Notes: a model not told the origin generated them from the sequence alone. A stretch of 63,963 bases of DNA, filler included, from Octopus bimaculoides (GCF_001194135.2; 6 parts of 5 records of this genome joined end to end with filler, not necessarily neighbours in it), one strand, 5' to 3'; shown: positions 38,996-51,820, counted from the whole stretch's first letter. Program-made: numbers and translations.

Positions 38996-39843
38996 GTATA
39001 AGCATGTGCATATACTTGCACGTTTATGCACGTTCTGTAAAGTCTATACGTTGATTTGTTGAGCATTATAGACCAATAAAATCTCTGCGTATGCACGTAT
39101 ATGCGCAAGGAGATGCATGTGTGAGTGTGCTTGTAAGTTTACAAATATATGTACCTATATGTATGTATGCATGTATGTTTCAGTATTTTCGCATATGTAT
39201 GCATATGTTTCTACTCATCTGCGAGCGTAAAGTGTGCATGAATAAATACATGCTTATATGTATGCATATCTGCATACATGTACGGTATGCTACATGTGTG
39301 TTATGCATAAGTGTACATAAATGTGTGTTTGTGTGCGTATGTGTGTGTGTGTGTGTGTGTGTGTGTACATATACATATGTGTATGTATCCGTGTGTCTAC
39401 ATAATTATGAAACGCAGGACTCGTAATGTACCAAAATACTACCAAATTTCCCAAAAGCCCTTTAGGTAAAGAATTAAGCAAACCTCAATCTTACATTAGC
39501 TCTAAAACCAGGCCCATGTTATGAAGCAGCTGAATAAAATCAAACTCACCGTTAATTAAAGAGATACATGCAAATTCCATCGCAATTTCAACGAAATGAC
39601 ATGTTCTGCAATTCACTATGACGTCTTACATAGAACAAAGAGTCAAGATATAATGATTATATTCACATCACTCTCTCTTCCTCACTCATTGTCTCCCTTT
39701 CTCTCACACTTTCTCCTTTTCTCTCTCTTTCTCTCTATTTCTCTCAAACTCTCTGTCCCCTCTCTCCCAATTTTTCTTTATTTTTCGTCCTACTCTCTCA
39801 ATCTCACTCTCTCTCTCTCTCTCTCTGTGCATAAAAATATGCA

Positions 39844-39907
<64 letters not shown>

Positions 39908-39971
39908 TCGCCCTTGTGCCAAATAAGTGAAGTCATTATAGTTATGATGATGATTATTATTATTATTATTA

Positions 39972-40320
39972 TTGAGTGAGAGAGTACTGCATGCCATCAA
40001 AGTGACACTGGGGTAAAATATACGAAACACCAACGTTTCCACAGGTGAATTATCCAAACCCCAAAGAATTCCTCTCAACACATGGCTATGATGCTCCCCC
40101 ACTACTTCTGCTCATGATCAGAGATGCACATATCGTCAGCCACCAAGGGACATGCTCAACTGGTTAAGATCAAACAACTGACAAGCAAATCTGTGGTATT
40201 AAGCAGAATATTTACTGTAGCCCATCCTTTTATACGAAGACAAAGCAATGTACACGATAACACTTCCTACAGTTAAGATGAGAAGCTATGAAAGCCACTG
40301 TCTGATACTGCATCAGGGCA
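39972..40320 (-). mobile_element. R4-like 3' UTR-type end with (AAT)n tail
   Basis: GAGTGAGAGAGTACTGCATGCCATCAAAGTGACACTGGGG, shared with 24310 and 27327. Confidence 0.65.
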
Positions 40321-40380
40321 TTTATTATTATTGTTATCATTATTATTGTTATTATTATTATTGTTGTTGTTGTTATTCTG

Positions 40381-41015
40381 AATGACACTCGTATAGTTCT
40401 TAATAACCGGCTGTTCTTTACTTGAAAGCAGACAATAGCAAATCACCAAAGGTTTCAAGTAGTGCCTTCTCCTGTGACTCAAAGAGACAATACTCTCCTT
40501 AGAATGCGAGCTGTACCTAACAATGCCGTCTTCTGGATTACCTCGGGCCTGAAAGCAGCTCCAATATTCTTGGAAACTACTCCTAATGCTCTAATTACCA
40601 CCGGTATCACCACTACTTTCCTCATGCCCCATAACTTTCCTATACCGCAGTGGCTGGTATTTCTCAATCTTTTCTGTTTCCTTACATTTCGCCCTCGAAT
40701 CACCTGGTATTGCAACGTCTGTTATCTTTGCTTCTTTTTCATCGTTATGGATGAGCACGATATCTAGTCGTCTCGCCTCTATGACTTGGTTGCACTGCAT
40801 GCTAAAATACCAGAGTATTTTGTTATGTTCGTTTTCCATTGCTCCCTCTAGCTTGTGTTCATAACATTGTTCGGCTCTCTCGACGTTTGCTTTACCGAAC
40901 AACAGCCAGTGGATATATCTGGCCGCATTGTCGTGTCTCCTTTTGTATTCGCTTTGTGCGAGCTTACAGCACTAACAATATAATATGGCTTATACTTTCT
41001 CCCTTCTCAGAGCAC
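40381..41015 (-). mobile_element. R4/Dong-like LINE 3' end (REL domain)
   Basis: WYEHK-like region, KILWYFSMQCNQVIEARRLDIVLI...ITDVAIPGD...EKIEKYQ and IPVVIRALG...QKTALLGTARILRRVL. Tail (AAC/AAT)n at 40321-40380. Confidence 0.85.
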
Positions 41016-41334
41016 GTATATATATATATATATATATATNNNNNNNNNNNNNNNNNNNNNNNNNNNNNNNNNNNNNNNNNNNNNNNNNNNNNNNNNNNNN
41101 NNNNNNNNNNNNNNNNNNNNNNNNNNNNNNNNNNNNNNNNNNNNNNNNNNNNNNNNNNNNNNNNNNNNNNNNNNNNNNNNNNNNNNNNNNNNNNNNNNNN
41201 NNNNNNNNNNNNNNNNNNNNNNNNNNNNNNNNNNNNNNNNNNNNNNNNNNNNNNNNNNNNNNNNNNNNNNNNNNNNNNNNNNNNNNNNNNNNNNNNNNNN
41301 NNNNNNNNNNNNNNNNNNNNNNNNNNNNNNNNNN

Positions 41335-41381
<47 letters not shown>

Positions 41382-41417
41382 TATATATGCACGTTTATGA
41401 TATATATAATTCAAGAC

Positions 41418-41935
41418 AGGCTGTCCTTAGGAGCTTATCTCTGCTGATGATCTTGCTCTAATAGCTGGTATACCAGAACTAGAGATGAACTTTCAAGTGT
41501 GGAAGCAAGGTCTAGAATCGAAGGGCCTTAGAGACAATGTATCAAAAACCAAAGTCCCAGTAAGTAGGAAGGCGGATAAATCACTAACCCCTTAAGTAGA
41601 TGGCCCTGCTCGATCTGTAGAAAAGGCGTAAGTAGAAACTCCGTAAGATGTACCAGGTGTAAGCTATGGACACATAAGAGGTGCAGCAATATCAAAGGAA
41701 GGTTAACTGGGAAGATAGTTTTTGTGTGGCAAATGCACAGGGGAAATAAACACTGAAGATGTACAGAAAACATATTCCATCACATGCCAGGGGAAAAAAC
41801 TAAAAATAGTTGATGGCTTCCACTACCTAGCTGACCAGGTCTGTAGTGGGGGTGGATGCTCTGAGAGTGTTGCCACTAGATTAAGAATAGCCTGGACAAA
41901 GTTCCGAAAGCCCCTAACTCAGCTGGTAATAATTT
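41418..41935 (+). mobile_element. RTE LINE RT fragment containing a PHD-like Cys-rich insert
   Basis: ELISADDLALIA (YADD motif), GLESKGL...KTKV, WPCSICRKGVSRNSVRCTRCKLWTHKRCS...GKC, FHYLADQV...RIAWTKFR. Confidence 0.8.
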
Positions 41936-42199
41936 TCGGAACGAGAGAACAAGAAGCCATGATGGTCCCTTGAGTGACATTTATCCTCAATTGCTTATAC
42001 TACTGCTCCCAAAACTGGTCACCGCGCAGAGTAAAATTAACGATAGAACTGGAAACAATCCAGCGAAGCTACACGAAAAAGATCGTCTCAATGTGACCGG
42101 TCAGGTACTGAGAAAAGCTGAAAAAGTTAACACTCTACTTCTTAGGACGAAGGCGGGAACAATATGCAGTGAAAATCCCAGAAGGACGTTTACCAAACT

Positions 42200-42470
42200 T
42201 TGACATTAAAAGTTATATAGACACTAGAACGGGGCAACAAGATACAGGACCAGATACGCCAACAGCTTAAATTTCAAGGGCTCACAGCTCTTTAATATCC
42301 CCCCGAAATGCCTGAGAGATCTACATGGGGTGGATGCAGGAGTCCTCAAAACAAAAGTGAACCCCTCTCATGTCGAGTTGTCCGGATAAAACTAACTCAC
42401 AGCAGGAAACGCAAATGAAGGCAGCAGCGTCAAACCACATAATTCATCAAATGACACATATCAGAGGAAG
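42200..42470 (+). mobile_element. CR1/L2-type LINE 3' end, second family
   Basis: RYRTRYANSLNFKGSQLFNIP..CLRDLHGVDAG.. resembles the G(P)xLFNxLP C-terminal motif of this clade. Confidence 0.6.
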
Positions 42471-42916
42471 TTTTCAAATAATGTGTTTTTTTTTTAAACT
42501 AACGACGGTGCCCCAGTATGACCACACTTCACAAGTTGAAACAAGTAAAAGTGTTGTGTAGATAATCTTACGCTAAAAAACAACTATAAGGGAAGATATT
42601 TTACGTTCAGAAACAACCTGCGGACCACACGGCTTGTTGCCCATGATTGAATTCTACAACATTATTTAATGCACCTTTCCATTTTAAAAGAATAGAATGT
42701 AATTTGAGGGAAATTTGTCTACTATTTCTACAATGTCGACTGACCACGTTGACTCAAAATCCTGCTGTTTTGGTTTTCCATAAATCGTGGACATCTGGCA
42801 CACAGTGGTAAGCAGCAGATTAGATAGTTTACGGTATCTGAGTTTAATATCTTTGTTCTAAATTGAAATTCTCTTGAGCTTAACACAGTCATTCATCATC
42901 ACGGAAACAAAACTGA

Positions 42917-42954
<38 letters not shown>

Positions 42955-43399
42955 CGTGTGTATGTGCGTGCCTGTGTGTGTGTTTATATGTATATCTGCG
43001 TGTTTGTGTGTGTCTATGTATGCGTATAATATATAAACATCCATGTTTATAGATAAACAGCTGCACAGATGCATATAGTTATATGGACACATGTTCATAC
43101 TCTCTTACGTACATAAGCTCTTGCACACATACATACATACATACACATGTATCTACATGTATATGGTTCTATATATATATACATACATATGCACACGAAT
43201 GGAGATACACAAATATTAATATTTTTTATGCACAGTTAAATATAAAGACAAACATTAGAAGAAAAATCAGCCAATAGTCTTAAATAGAGTATCACTTTAT
43301 TTTTACATATACTTTCACAATATAGGTTAAGTCACATGTCTTGAAACCAATTGCCGACGTAAGATGAGGTATGGTTGTATATTGGTTTATATCATGGCT

Positions 43400-43600
43400 T
43401 CATATTTTGGCAGAAGGCTGACAGTTTTAGGGGAAGAGTCAAGTCGACTAAACCGACCCCACTGTTCAACTGGTTATTTTATAGATTCCGAAAGGATGAA
43501 TGGTAAAGCCAACCTCGGTGGAATTTGAACTCAGAACTTAAAGACGGACGAAATGCCGCTAAGTATCTTGTCCGGTGTGCTAACGACTCTGCCAACTTGC
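43400..43600 (-). mobile_element. SINE family B
   Basis: GGATGAATGGTAAAGCCAACCTCGGTGGAATTTGAACTCAGAAC...CCGGTGTGCTAACGACTCTGCCAAC. Confidence 0.75.
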
Positions 43601-43978
43601 TGCCTTGATAATCAATAATGTTAATAGGCCAATATGTTTTTTGTACGTACTTGATGTGTGTGTCATGCTTAAGAGAAAGGAACTGTTGAAAGAAATTTTG
43701 TTGCTTAAATAAAAATTTTTAGCTAGATCTCTTGTAATGTCTGGAAGAGATTTGAGACCACCAACCAATGTGTTGTATTACTACTACTCAATACCCATGC
43801 CTACTATTCAATCGAAGCATTGAATATCTTAATGCAAAAATTAAGATACTTAAATTTGACGCTTGTGTCGAGCAAGGGAGAGAGGAAGTGAGAAAAAAAG
43901 AGAAAGAGTGAGAGGGAGTGGCTGAATTCCTTTGAATTCCTTTCTACGATTGAACCCTCCTGGCTATTAAAGGCCTAA

Positions 43979-44022
<44 letters not shown>

Positions 44023-44502
44023 NNNNNNNNNNNNNNNNNNNNNNNNNACACACATTTGTTTTAGGTCTTCTACCCATTTGAGTTCGGCCACACACCAGAT
44101 AAGATGTTAAGTCTTATATGCCGAAATTTAAATTTTGAATTTGTTTTAATTATAAAATTACACCTCAGCTAAAGAACATCTTTTGGCTTTCGAATACGAC
44201 CTTTTCTTTCTCTTTCTATATTTTTGTTAAGTTACAATTTCTCTGTTTTTGGTCAAGATTTTTCTAGTTTCTTTTTTCTTGTATCAAGTAATGGAAGAAA
44301 GCATTAAAAAAAATTAAATTCATAGAGCCGAACAAAATCAAAAATATTAATTCTATTTTTGCCCTTTCCTTAATACTAACAAGAGCATAATATGAGAGAC
44401 ATTTGGCTGTTATTTCTAGCAAATTGAACAACCACACGGAATTGTTCGATTGGCTCATTTGTTGATATGTATAAGTAAGCAAAAACTAAAAGACATACAC
44501 AG

Positions 44503-44546
<44 letters not shown>

Positions 44547-44559
44547 GAATGTGTCTGTG

Positions 44560-44750
44560 TTTGTACCCCCACCACCATTGCTTGACAACTGATGTTCGTG
44601 AGTTTGCGTCCCTGTAACTTAGTTGTTCAGCAGAAGAGACTGATAGAAGAAGCACCAGGCTTAGAGGGAATAAGTTCAGGGGTCAATTTTTTCGACTACA
44701 GGGTGGTGCTCTAGCATGGCCACCGTCAAAGGACTGAAAGAAATAAAAGA
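44560..44750 (+). mobile_element. SINE A tail segment
   Basis: GTAACTTAGTTGTTCAGC...GGTGGTGCTCTAGCATGGCC...CTGAAAG. Confidence 0.7.
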
Positions 44751-44934
44751 ATACGAGAAAAATATTCCGTACCACTAAACCAAGAGGGTTCTCTGAATAT
44801 GTACGATGTATTTTAAGGCTAAATAGTAATTCTGTTTACGTTTGCGTAACTGAGATATTTTAGTTGGATTATATAGTTATCGGTTTTACACTTCTTTCTA
44901 TATTCTGTAACTGTCGCAAGTCCTGAAATTTGGC

Positions 44935-45430
44935 ACTAGTCCTGAAATAGGCACAAGTCCTGAAATTTGGGGTGGAGGCAGTCACGTCCCCGAAAGGATG
45001 AGAGGCAAAGTACATCTCGGCAGAATTTGAACTCAGAACGTAAAGACATACGAAATACAGATAAGTATTTCACCCGGCGTGCTAACGGTTCTGCCAGCAT
45101 GCCGCCTTTAACTGTCACAATATAGAAACATTTCTCATCGCACCAGCACACAATTTACAGATGCTTACATTTTTTATAATTTCCGTGAATTTTTCACGGG
45201 TCTAGCTAATAATAATAATAATAATAATTGTTTTTTCTATTACTGGCACAAGGCCTGAAATTTGGGGAATAGTCAATTACATTGACCCTAGTGTTTCACT
45301 GGTATTTAATTTATCGACCCCAAAAAGATGAAAGGCAAACTCGACCTTGCCGGAATTTGAACTCAGAATTTAAAACGAACAAATGCCGCTAAGCATCTTG
45401 CCCGGTATGCTAATGATTCTGCCAGCTCGC
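44935..45430 (-). mobile_element. Two SINE family B copies (44935-45100 and 45240-45430)
   Basis: Shared family B motifs; (AAT)n between the copies. Confidence 0.7.
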
Positions 45431-45983
45431 AGCCTTATATAGCGCCCAAGGTTCATTTTTAGGACCAAATAATCCATCATATTTCAGCAGCACCTGTATT
45501 TATCTGAGATATCTTTCGTTAGGCATCAAGACTGGAGTGTCTTTCAAATATTGTAATAAATTTTTTTTTATATATTTAGTATCAGATAAAGTTGTATAAA
45601 AAAAAGATTTTTGGTAATAAATTAAATAAAAAGATTTTTTGGCACTAATGGGTTAACATCTGATGTTCTTAATACAATATTCGTAACTTATCCAGGAACA
45701 TCCAGTGCTTTTGTTGTGGTATGAGTCGTTTTATTGTGAATCAGTAACTTTCAGAGTTTAGTTTTTAATCTGACAAAATGGCTGCTACTCAATAGTGTCA
45801 CTTGTGTGAGAAAGCTTTTTATACTGAACTTGAATACAGTCAAAGTTCAATGCCACAACTATGTGCTTCTTTCCTTGATAGACAGCCATTCTATTCCAAT
45901 GAGTGTCATATCCTGCAACATTCCAAAGACGAAATATTAGCGAAGAGATAGCTCTATTCAAACGCTTATTATCATGATTATAT

Positions 45984-46190
45984 ATACGAGGGAGTGCGTA
46001 AAAGTTCCCGGCTTTGAGGAAAAGAAATACAGGGCGATCAGTTAATTATGATTTTATTTGATATATGCTCCTCTCAAATTTACACACTTATTGAAGAGGT
46101 CCTTCAATTTATCTGAGAACTCGGAAGATTGGGGCTCCAGCCAGGCCTTTCGCGATACCATTAAATCCAGGAACATTTCAGCACCTCCTC
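45984..46190 (-). mobile_element. mariner 3' end with terminal inverted repeat
   Basis: TA-CGAGGGAGTGCGTAAAAGTTCC terminus; minus strand WLEPQS...DLFNKCVNLRGAYIK resembles the mariner C-terminus. Confidence 0.7.
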
Positions 46191-46196
46191 CTATAT

Positions 46197-46253
<57 letters not shown>

Positions 46254-47233
46254 NNNNNNNNNNNNNNNNNNNNNNNNNNNNNNNNNNNNNNNNNNNNNNN
46301 NNNNNNNNNNNNNNNNNNNNNNNNNNNNNNNNNNNNNNNNNNNNNNNNNNNNNNNNNNNNNNNNNNNNNNNNNNNNNNNNNNNNNNNNNNNNNNNNNNNN
46401 NNNNNNNNNNNNNNNNNNNNNNNNNNNNNNNNNNNNNNNNNNNNNNNNNNNNNNNNNNNNNNNNNNNNNNNNNNNNNNNNNNNNNNNNNNNNNNNNNNNN
46501 NNNNNNNNNNNNNNNNNNNNNNNNNNNNNNNNNNNNNNNNNNNNNNNNNNNNNNNNNNNNNNNNNNNNNNNNNNNNNNNNNNNNNNNNNNNNNNNNNNNN
46601 NNNNNNNNNNNNNNNNNNNNNNNNNNNNNNNNNNNNNNNNNNNNNNNNNNNNNNNNNNNNNNNNNNNNNNNNNNNNNNNNNNNNNTGTGTGTGTGTGTGT
46701 GTGTTTGCGTGTGTGAGCTAGTTTGTCTTTGTGTCTCTATTTGTTCACCACCATTGCCTGACAACTATTTTTGGTTTGTTTCTGTATACAAAACATAGCA
46801 ACCAGTTCGGCCATAGTACCCGATAAAACAAATACCAAACTTGAAAATGAAAAGATAAACTGAAGGTCGATGCCGTCGAGTTAAACCCGTCAAGGCAATG
46901 TCCCAGCATGACCGCTATCCAATGACTGAAAAAAGTAACAGTTACAAAATAAACACTAAAAACAGAAGACCCTTTATACTACTGCCAGATATTCTGTCGT
47001 AAATGTTATATTTAATAAGTGAGTTTGTGAAGCGATAATGATGAGTTGGTATATAACTTCTTTTGGCGGTTCTTTTTTGTGTTGAAAAATATTATAGAAA
47101 TAGTTTTGGCTACCAATTATAATTCATCAAGTCTTCATTATAATACTTGGAATCTAAAACTCTGGAATAGATCAGATTAAAGAATTTTTCCATATCTTCT
47201 ATTTCTTCATAGCTGTACAAACACACACACACG

Positions 47234-47295
<62 letters not shown>

Positions 47296-47781
47296 NNNNN
47301 NNNNNNNNNNNNNNNNNNNNNNNNNNNNNNNNNNNNNNNNNNNNNNNNNNNNNNNNNNNNNNNNNNNNNNNNNNNNNNNNNNNNNNNNNNNNNNNNNNNN
47401 NNNNNNNNNNNNNNNNNNNNNNNNNNNNNNNNNNNNNNNNNNNNNNNNNNNNNNNNNNNNNNNNNNNNNNNNNNNNNNNNNNNNNNNNNNNNNNNNNNNN
47501 NNNNNNNNNNNNNNNNNNNNNNNNNNNNNNNNNNNNNNNNNNNNNNNNNNNNNNNNNNNNNNNNNNNNNNNNNNNNNNNNNNNNNNNNNNNNNNNNNNNN
47601 NNNNNNNNNNNNNNNNNNNNNNNNNNNNNNNNNNNNNNNNNNNNNNNNNNNNNNNNNNNNNNNNNNNNNNNNNNNNNNNNNNNNNNNNNNNNNNNNNNNN
47701 NNNNNNNNNNNNNNNNNNNNNNNNNNNNNNNNNNNNNNNNNNNNNNNNNNNNNNNNNNNNNNNNNNNNNNNNNNNNNNNNN

Positions 47782-47831
<50 letters not shown>

Positions 47832-48448
47832 GTATATACAAACATATACATAGATATATATATACATATATATCTACATGTACATATATATATTCATATA
47901 CACGTGTGCGCACACACACATACACACATACACACACGCGAGCACGCATACATACACACACATACACACACGTACACACACACACACACACACACATACC
48001 ACCATCACCACCACCACTGGAACATACAGCGTGAAGCAATTTGATGCAAGAACACATCCGCATATAATCCCTTGTTTAGTCAGAAAACTCTCAGGGCAAC
48101 CATTGCGTAATGACGTATTAAATGTCAAGCCATCATGAAAATCCGATGTTATTAATTCATACGTGTTTATATACTTACTGCATACATTTACTGTTAACCT
48201 TGAACGTGATTATCTATTTAAAGATTATTGTTGTTCCATAGCCTTCTGTTGTATCTACGGTAGTGGAAATATTATCCATACTCTGCTTCGGTTTAATATG
48301 AAACTCCAGTGTAACTCCGGCAAAATTCCATCACAGTACCTTTTACTTACTACAGTCATTAGACTGCAGCCATGCTAGGGCACCACCTTGAGGAATTTTT
48401 AGCTGAATATATAGACCGCAGTATATATATACATACATACATGCATAC

Positions 48449-48492
<44 letters not shown>

Positions 48493-48515
48493 TGGGACAA
48501 TTATTCGGTAGCCAT

Positions 48516-48576
48516 GATAAAACTCCGAGTTTCGGATGCCGGGGCGGAAACCCACGCCGCCATCTCTTCAGTTATC
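48516..48576 (-). ncRNA. Type I hammerhead ribozyme motif with intact core
   Basis: GAUAA-CUGAAGA-GAUG-GCGGCGUGGGUUUCCGCCCCGG-CAUC-C-GAAAC-UCGGA-GUU-UUAUC. Stem I is GAUAA/UUAUC, stem III is ACUC/GAGU, and the predicted cleavage triplet is GUU. Confidence 0.75.
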
Positions 48577-48610
48577 TGGCCATCGAAGAATGCTATGAAA
48601 ATGATGGCCA

Positions 48611-48671
48611 GATAGCTGAAGAGATGGCGGCGTGGGTTTCCACCCCGGCATCCAAAACTCGGAGTTTTATC
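48611..48671 (+). ncRNA. Hammerhead motif, second arm, with G12A (GAAA to AAAA)
   Basis: GAUAG-CUGAAGA...CAUCC-AAAAC-UCGGA-GUU-UUAUC. G12 is catalytically essential, so it is presumed inactive. Confidence 0.65.
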
Positions 48672-48832
48672 ATGGCTGCCGAATAATTGTCACATATTAT
48701 TTACAGATAAATTCCTCTATTTACATAATATTGAGGTCTCTTTCTTTTGTTGTCTTACCTTTTCTATCAATATATATATGTATGTATGTATGTATGCATA
48801 TATGTATGTATGAATGTATGTATGTATGTATA

Positions 48833-49462
48833 TAGTGAACTTCATGCAGGCATAGCGTAGATTCGATCCTCGATCGCCAAATTTAAATTAACACTTCAAC
48901 AGTACTTTTCTCACGGTAAAACAATAGTTTTTCTGTGACAGCAGACAGCAGTTACATTTGCCAGATGCCTTCGCTATGCAAAATAATGTCTTGACCCTTC
49001 TAGCCTCTTCTAGACCAGAAAAAGATGGAATAGAGATAACAGACCGCCAACGAAATTCATTGTTCTCAACAATATGTCTATCCTTCTGGCTGATTTTGGA
49101 TAGTTATAAAAACAAGAACTCCGTAAGCCAAAGTCAGCAAGCAGAAGGATCGAAATAGCAAAAATCGAGGCTATTGAGGAATGTTTGAAGGAAATAAAGA
49201 GGTTGACCACGTTCATTACAGGAGGGAGAAAGTATGACACAGTGGAGGTGCGTTCCGCGACGGAGAATGAAGCGATTAAGCACTCCACAGAAGCCATAAG
49301 AACAGAGGAATGGGTGCTTTTGCCGACCTACTGTCGCAGGTGCGTTGCCAGGGTGAGAGTTGGCAAAGTGGCACAGAGATAAAAGAAACATGGCTGATGG
49401 CAGCCATAATGTTCAATATGGAAGAGGAGGCCAAGATTGTCAAGGTCACAAGAACCAAAAGG
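48833..49462 (+). mobile_element. 5' UTR and ORF1 start of a Tx1/L1-like LINE
   Basis: Frameshifted FITGGRKYDTVEVRSATENEAIKHSTEAIRTEEWVLLPTYCRRCVARVRVGKV...WLMAAI. The 5' segment is shared with three other loci and begins right after (TATG)n. The clade assignment is by resemblance only. Confidence 0.5.
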
Positions 49463-50943
49463 ATGTATGTATACATACACACACAAACACAGACAAACAA
49501 ACACACACACACACATACACGTATATATATAATACAAATAATATGTGATTATATGCATATATACGTACATGTATGTACATACCTACATCTACATGTATAT
49601 ATAGATGCATATCTGGGTACAGAACGTCACAAAAAACGTGGACAAAATGAAAAACAGAACATAAACAGAGCACAGAAAACTCACACGCCACATAGAGAAT
49701 ATTTCCTTCATCAGCTGCCACCATTCTAAAACTAAGCGTTTCGAAGAGTTAGGGCAGGACGGATTGTTAGAATGGCTCTTCCCACGGAAACAAATTAAAT
49801 TTGTAGTGCGGAGGAATGTGATGGTGAACAGAAAACAAGACAGGCAAACGAAACAGTGAAAATAAGCAAGAAGGGCTGTAAGGCCAGACGTGGAAAAAAT
49901 ATATATGTATACTGAACGCTGTGATTTGACGAACTGGAAGGAAGAGAGAAGAAAGTTCGTGCTAGCTCGGCAGTGGCCAAGATAAGAAAGAGGGCAGGAG
50001 CCGGACACATGTGACCAGCGAGGGGTAAAGAGAAAGAGTGGTGGAGAGAGAAAAAAGGGGGAGGAAGAAGAATATAGTTGAGCAACGAGAGACAGGAAGG
50101 GAGAGAGATATAGTAGTGAAGGGGAGAGGCGAAGAACAACAGAAGGAAGAACGAGAGGGGGAGAAAGATACAAAGATAGAGTCGCGTCATATATACATGT
50201 GTGTGTATGGGAGGTGTAAGTTTATTTCATGCATCTTCTAATTTAATTTCAAATCCAAATTTCTAATCCCGGTATTATGAAATTATTATCTCTCTTGTAC
50301 TAACTGTCAGCTAGGAGACACCACGTAATTTAAAAGGATTTTGTTAAATTGAATCAAATTTTATAGCTTTCTCACGGTCGCCATTTTCTGAAAACTGGTT
50401 TTTGAATATAGCAAGATTCACCATGGATTTGTTATAATATGTACTACCACTATATACTTCTAATTAAACAATTAAACACATCTCAGATTTCACTAAACCA
50501 AGATTCACGTCTTTAAATCTTGAAACTATAAAAGTGTCTGCTTTCATCTTGAATTTAATTAAATCAGCGTCATTTTCTCTAGATTCTTTGCCATATCGTA
50601 GCAATGCGTTAATAAACTTCTTAAACAGCTAATCATCTGAGGTAATAGGGGATATATCATATTAGATATTTGGGGACAATAAAGTGCATTTACACAATCT
50701 ACACATACGCAATATCTTATGAATGATAAAAGGGATTTATTGTATAAGAGAATACCCGTGTCGTCAAAAATACTGACAATTCAATTAATGATAGAAAATG
50801 ATAGAATATGGTGCATCAAAACAATAGGAGTAACTATTGATAAATGTCAGTAATCGTTTAATTATATGTAGTCAAAGAATTGAATCACTTGAGCAGATAT
50901 GGTTGCAAAGCCTCAGTTGAAAATATCATCGTTCACGTAATAA

Positions 50944-50988
<45 letters not shown>

Positions 50989-51439
50989 NNNNNNNNNNNN
51001 NNNNNNNNNNNNNNNNNNNNNNNNNNNNNNNNNNNNNNNNNNNNNNNNNNNNNNNNNNNNNNNNNNNNNNNNNNNNNNNNNNNNNNNNNNNNNNNNNNNN
51101 NNNNNNNNNNNNNNNNNNNNNNNNNNNNNNNNNNNNNNNNNNNNNNNNNNNNNATATATATATACATACACACGTATACATACGCACATATAAATTACAC
51201 TTTAACTGAAATAAGGTTTCCCCAAAATTAAACACATCTAATATAATAAATGCGAATGTCAGTGTGTCACACTTTTTCAACTTTAATAAATCCTTTTTAC
51301 TGGATGCACAAGGCCTCAAATTTTGGGGGAAGGGATTAAATCGAGTACATCGACCGCGGAATTCTGCCAGCTCGCCGCCTTAGAATAATCTTTTCTACTC
51401 TAGGCACCAGCCCGAAATTATTTTGGGGTGGGGAACCAG

Positions 51440-51820
51440 TCGATTAGACCTTGAAGAATATTTAGTCGAATGAATCGATCCCAGTACCTTTCCTTAAACC
51501 TGGTACTTATTCTATCGAACTCTCTTCCCGAACCGCTAAGTTACGTGGACGTAAACACACAACCCCCGTAAACACGGTAAGTAAACGCGGAGGTCTTTGT
51601 AAGTTACGGAGAGAAAGCTACTGTGGAAGTAGTATAATAATATTATTATGATATATATATATATATATACATATATACGACGAGCTTTAAGTTTCCGTTT
51701 ACCAAATCCACTCACAATGCTTTGGTCGGCCCGGGGCTATAGTGGTAGACATTAGCCCAAGGTGACACGCAGTGCGACTGAACCCGGAACCATGTGGTTG
51801 GGAAGCAGGCTTTCTAGATA
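51440..51820 (-). mobile_element. Composite SINE A
   Basis: Tail at 51440-51570, TA repeat, tRNA-like head at 51670-51820. Confidence 0.75.

Larger units (their letters stand above)
48488..48699. repeat. 212-bp near-perfect palindrome (97-bp arms, 18-nt spacer, 5 mismatches)
   Basis: Arm 1 at 48488-48584 is the reverse complement of arm 2 at 48603-48699, aligned by hand. Confidence 0.95.

Noticed and set aside
49690-49990. Minus-strand GAAAC...CTGATGAAG and CTGCCGAG-CTAGCAC-GAAC hammerhead-like words in a probable repeat UTR
   Set aside because: No consistent helices, and core bases are altered; cannot be supported without a family consensus.
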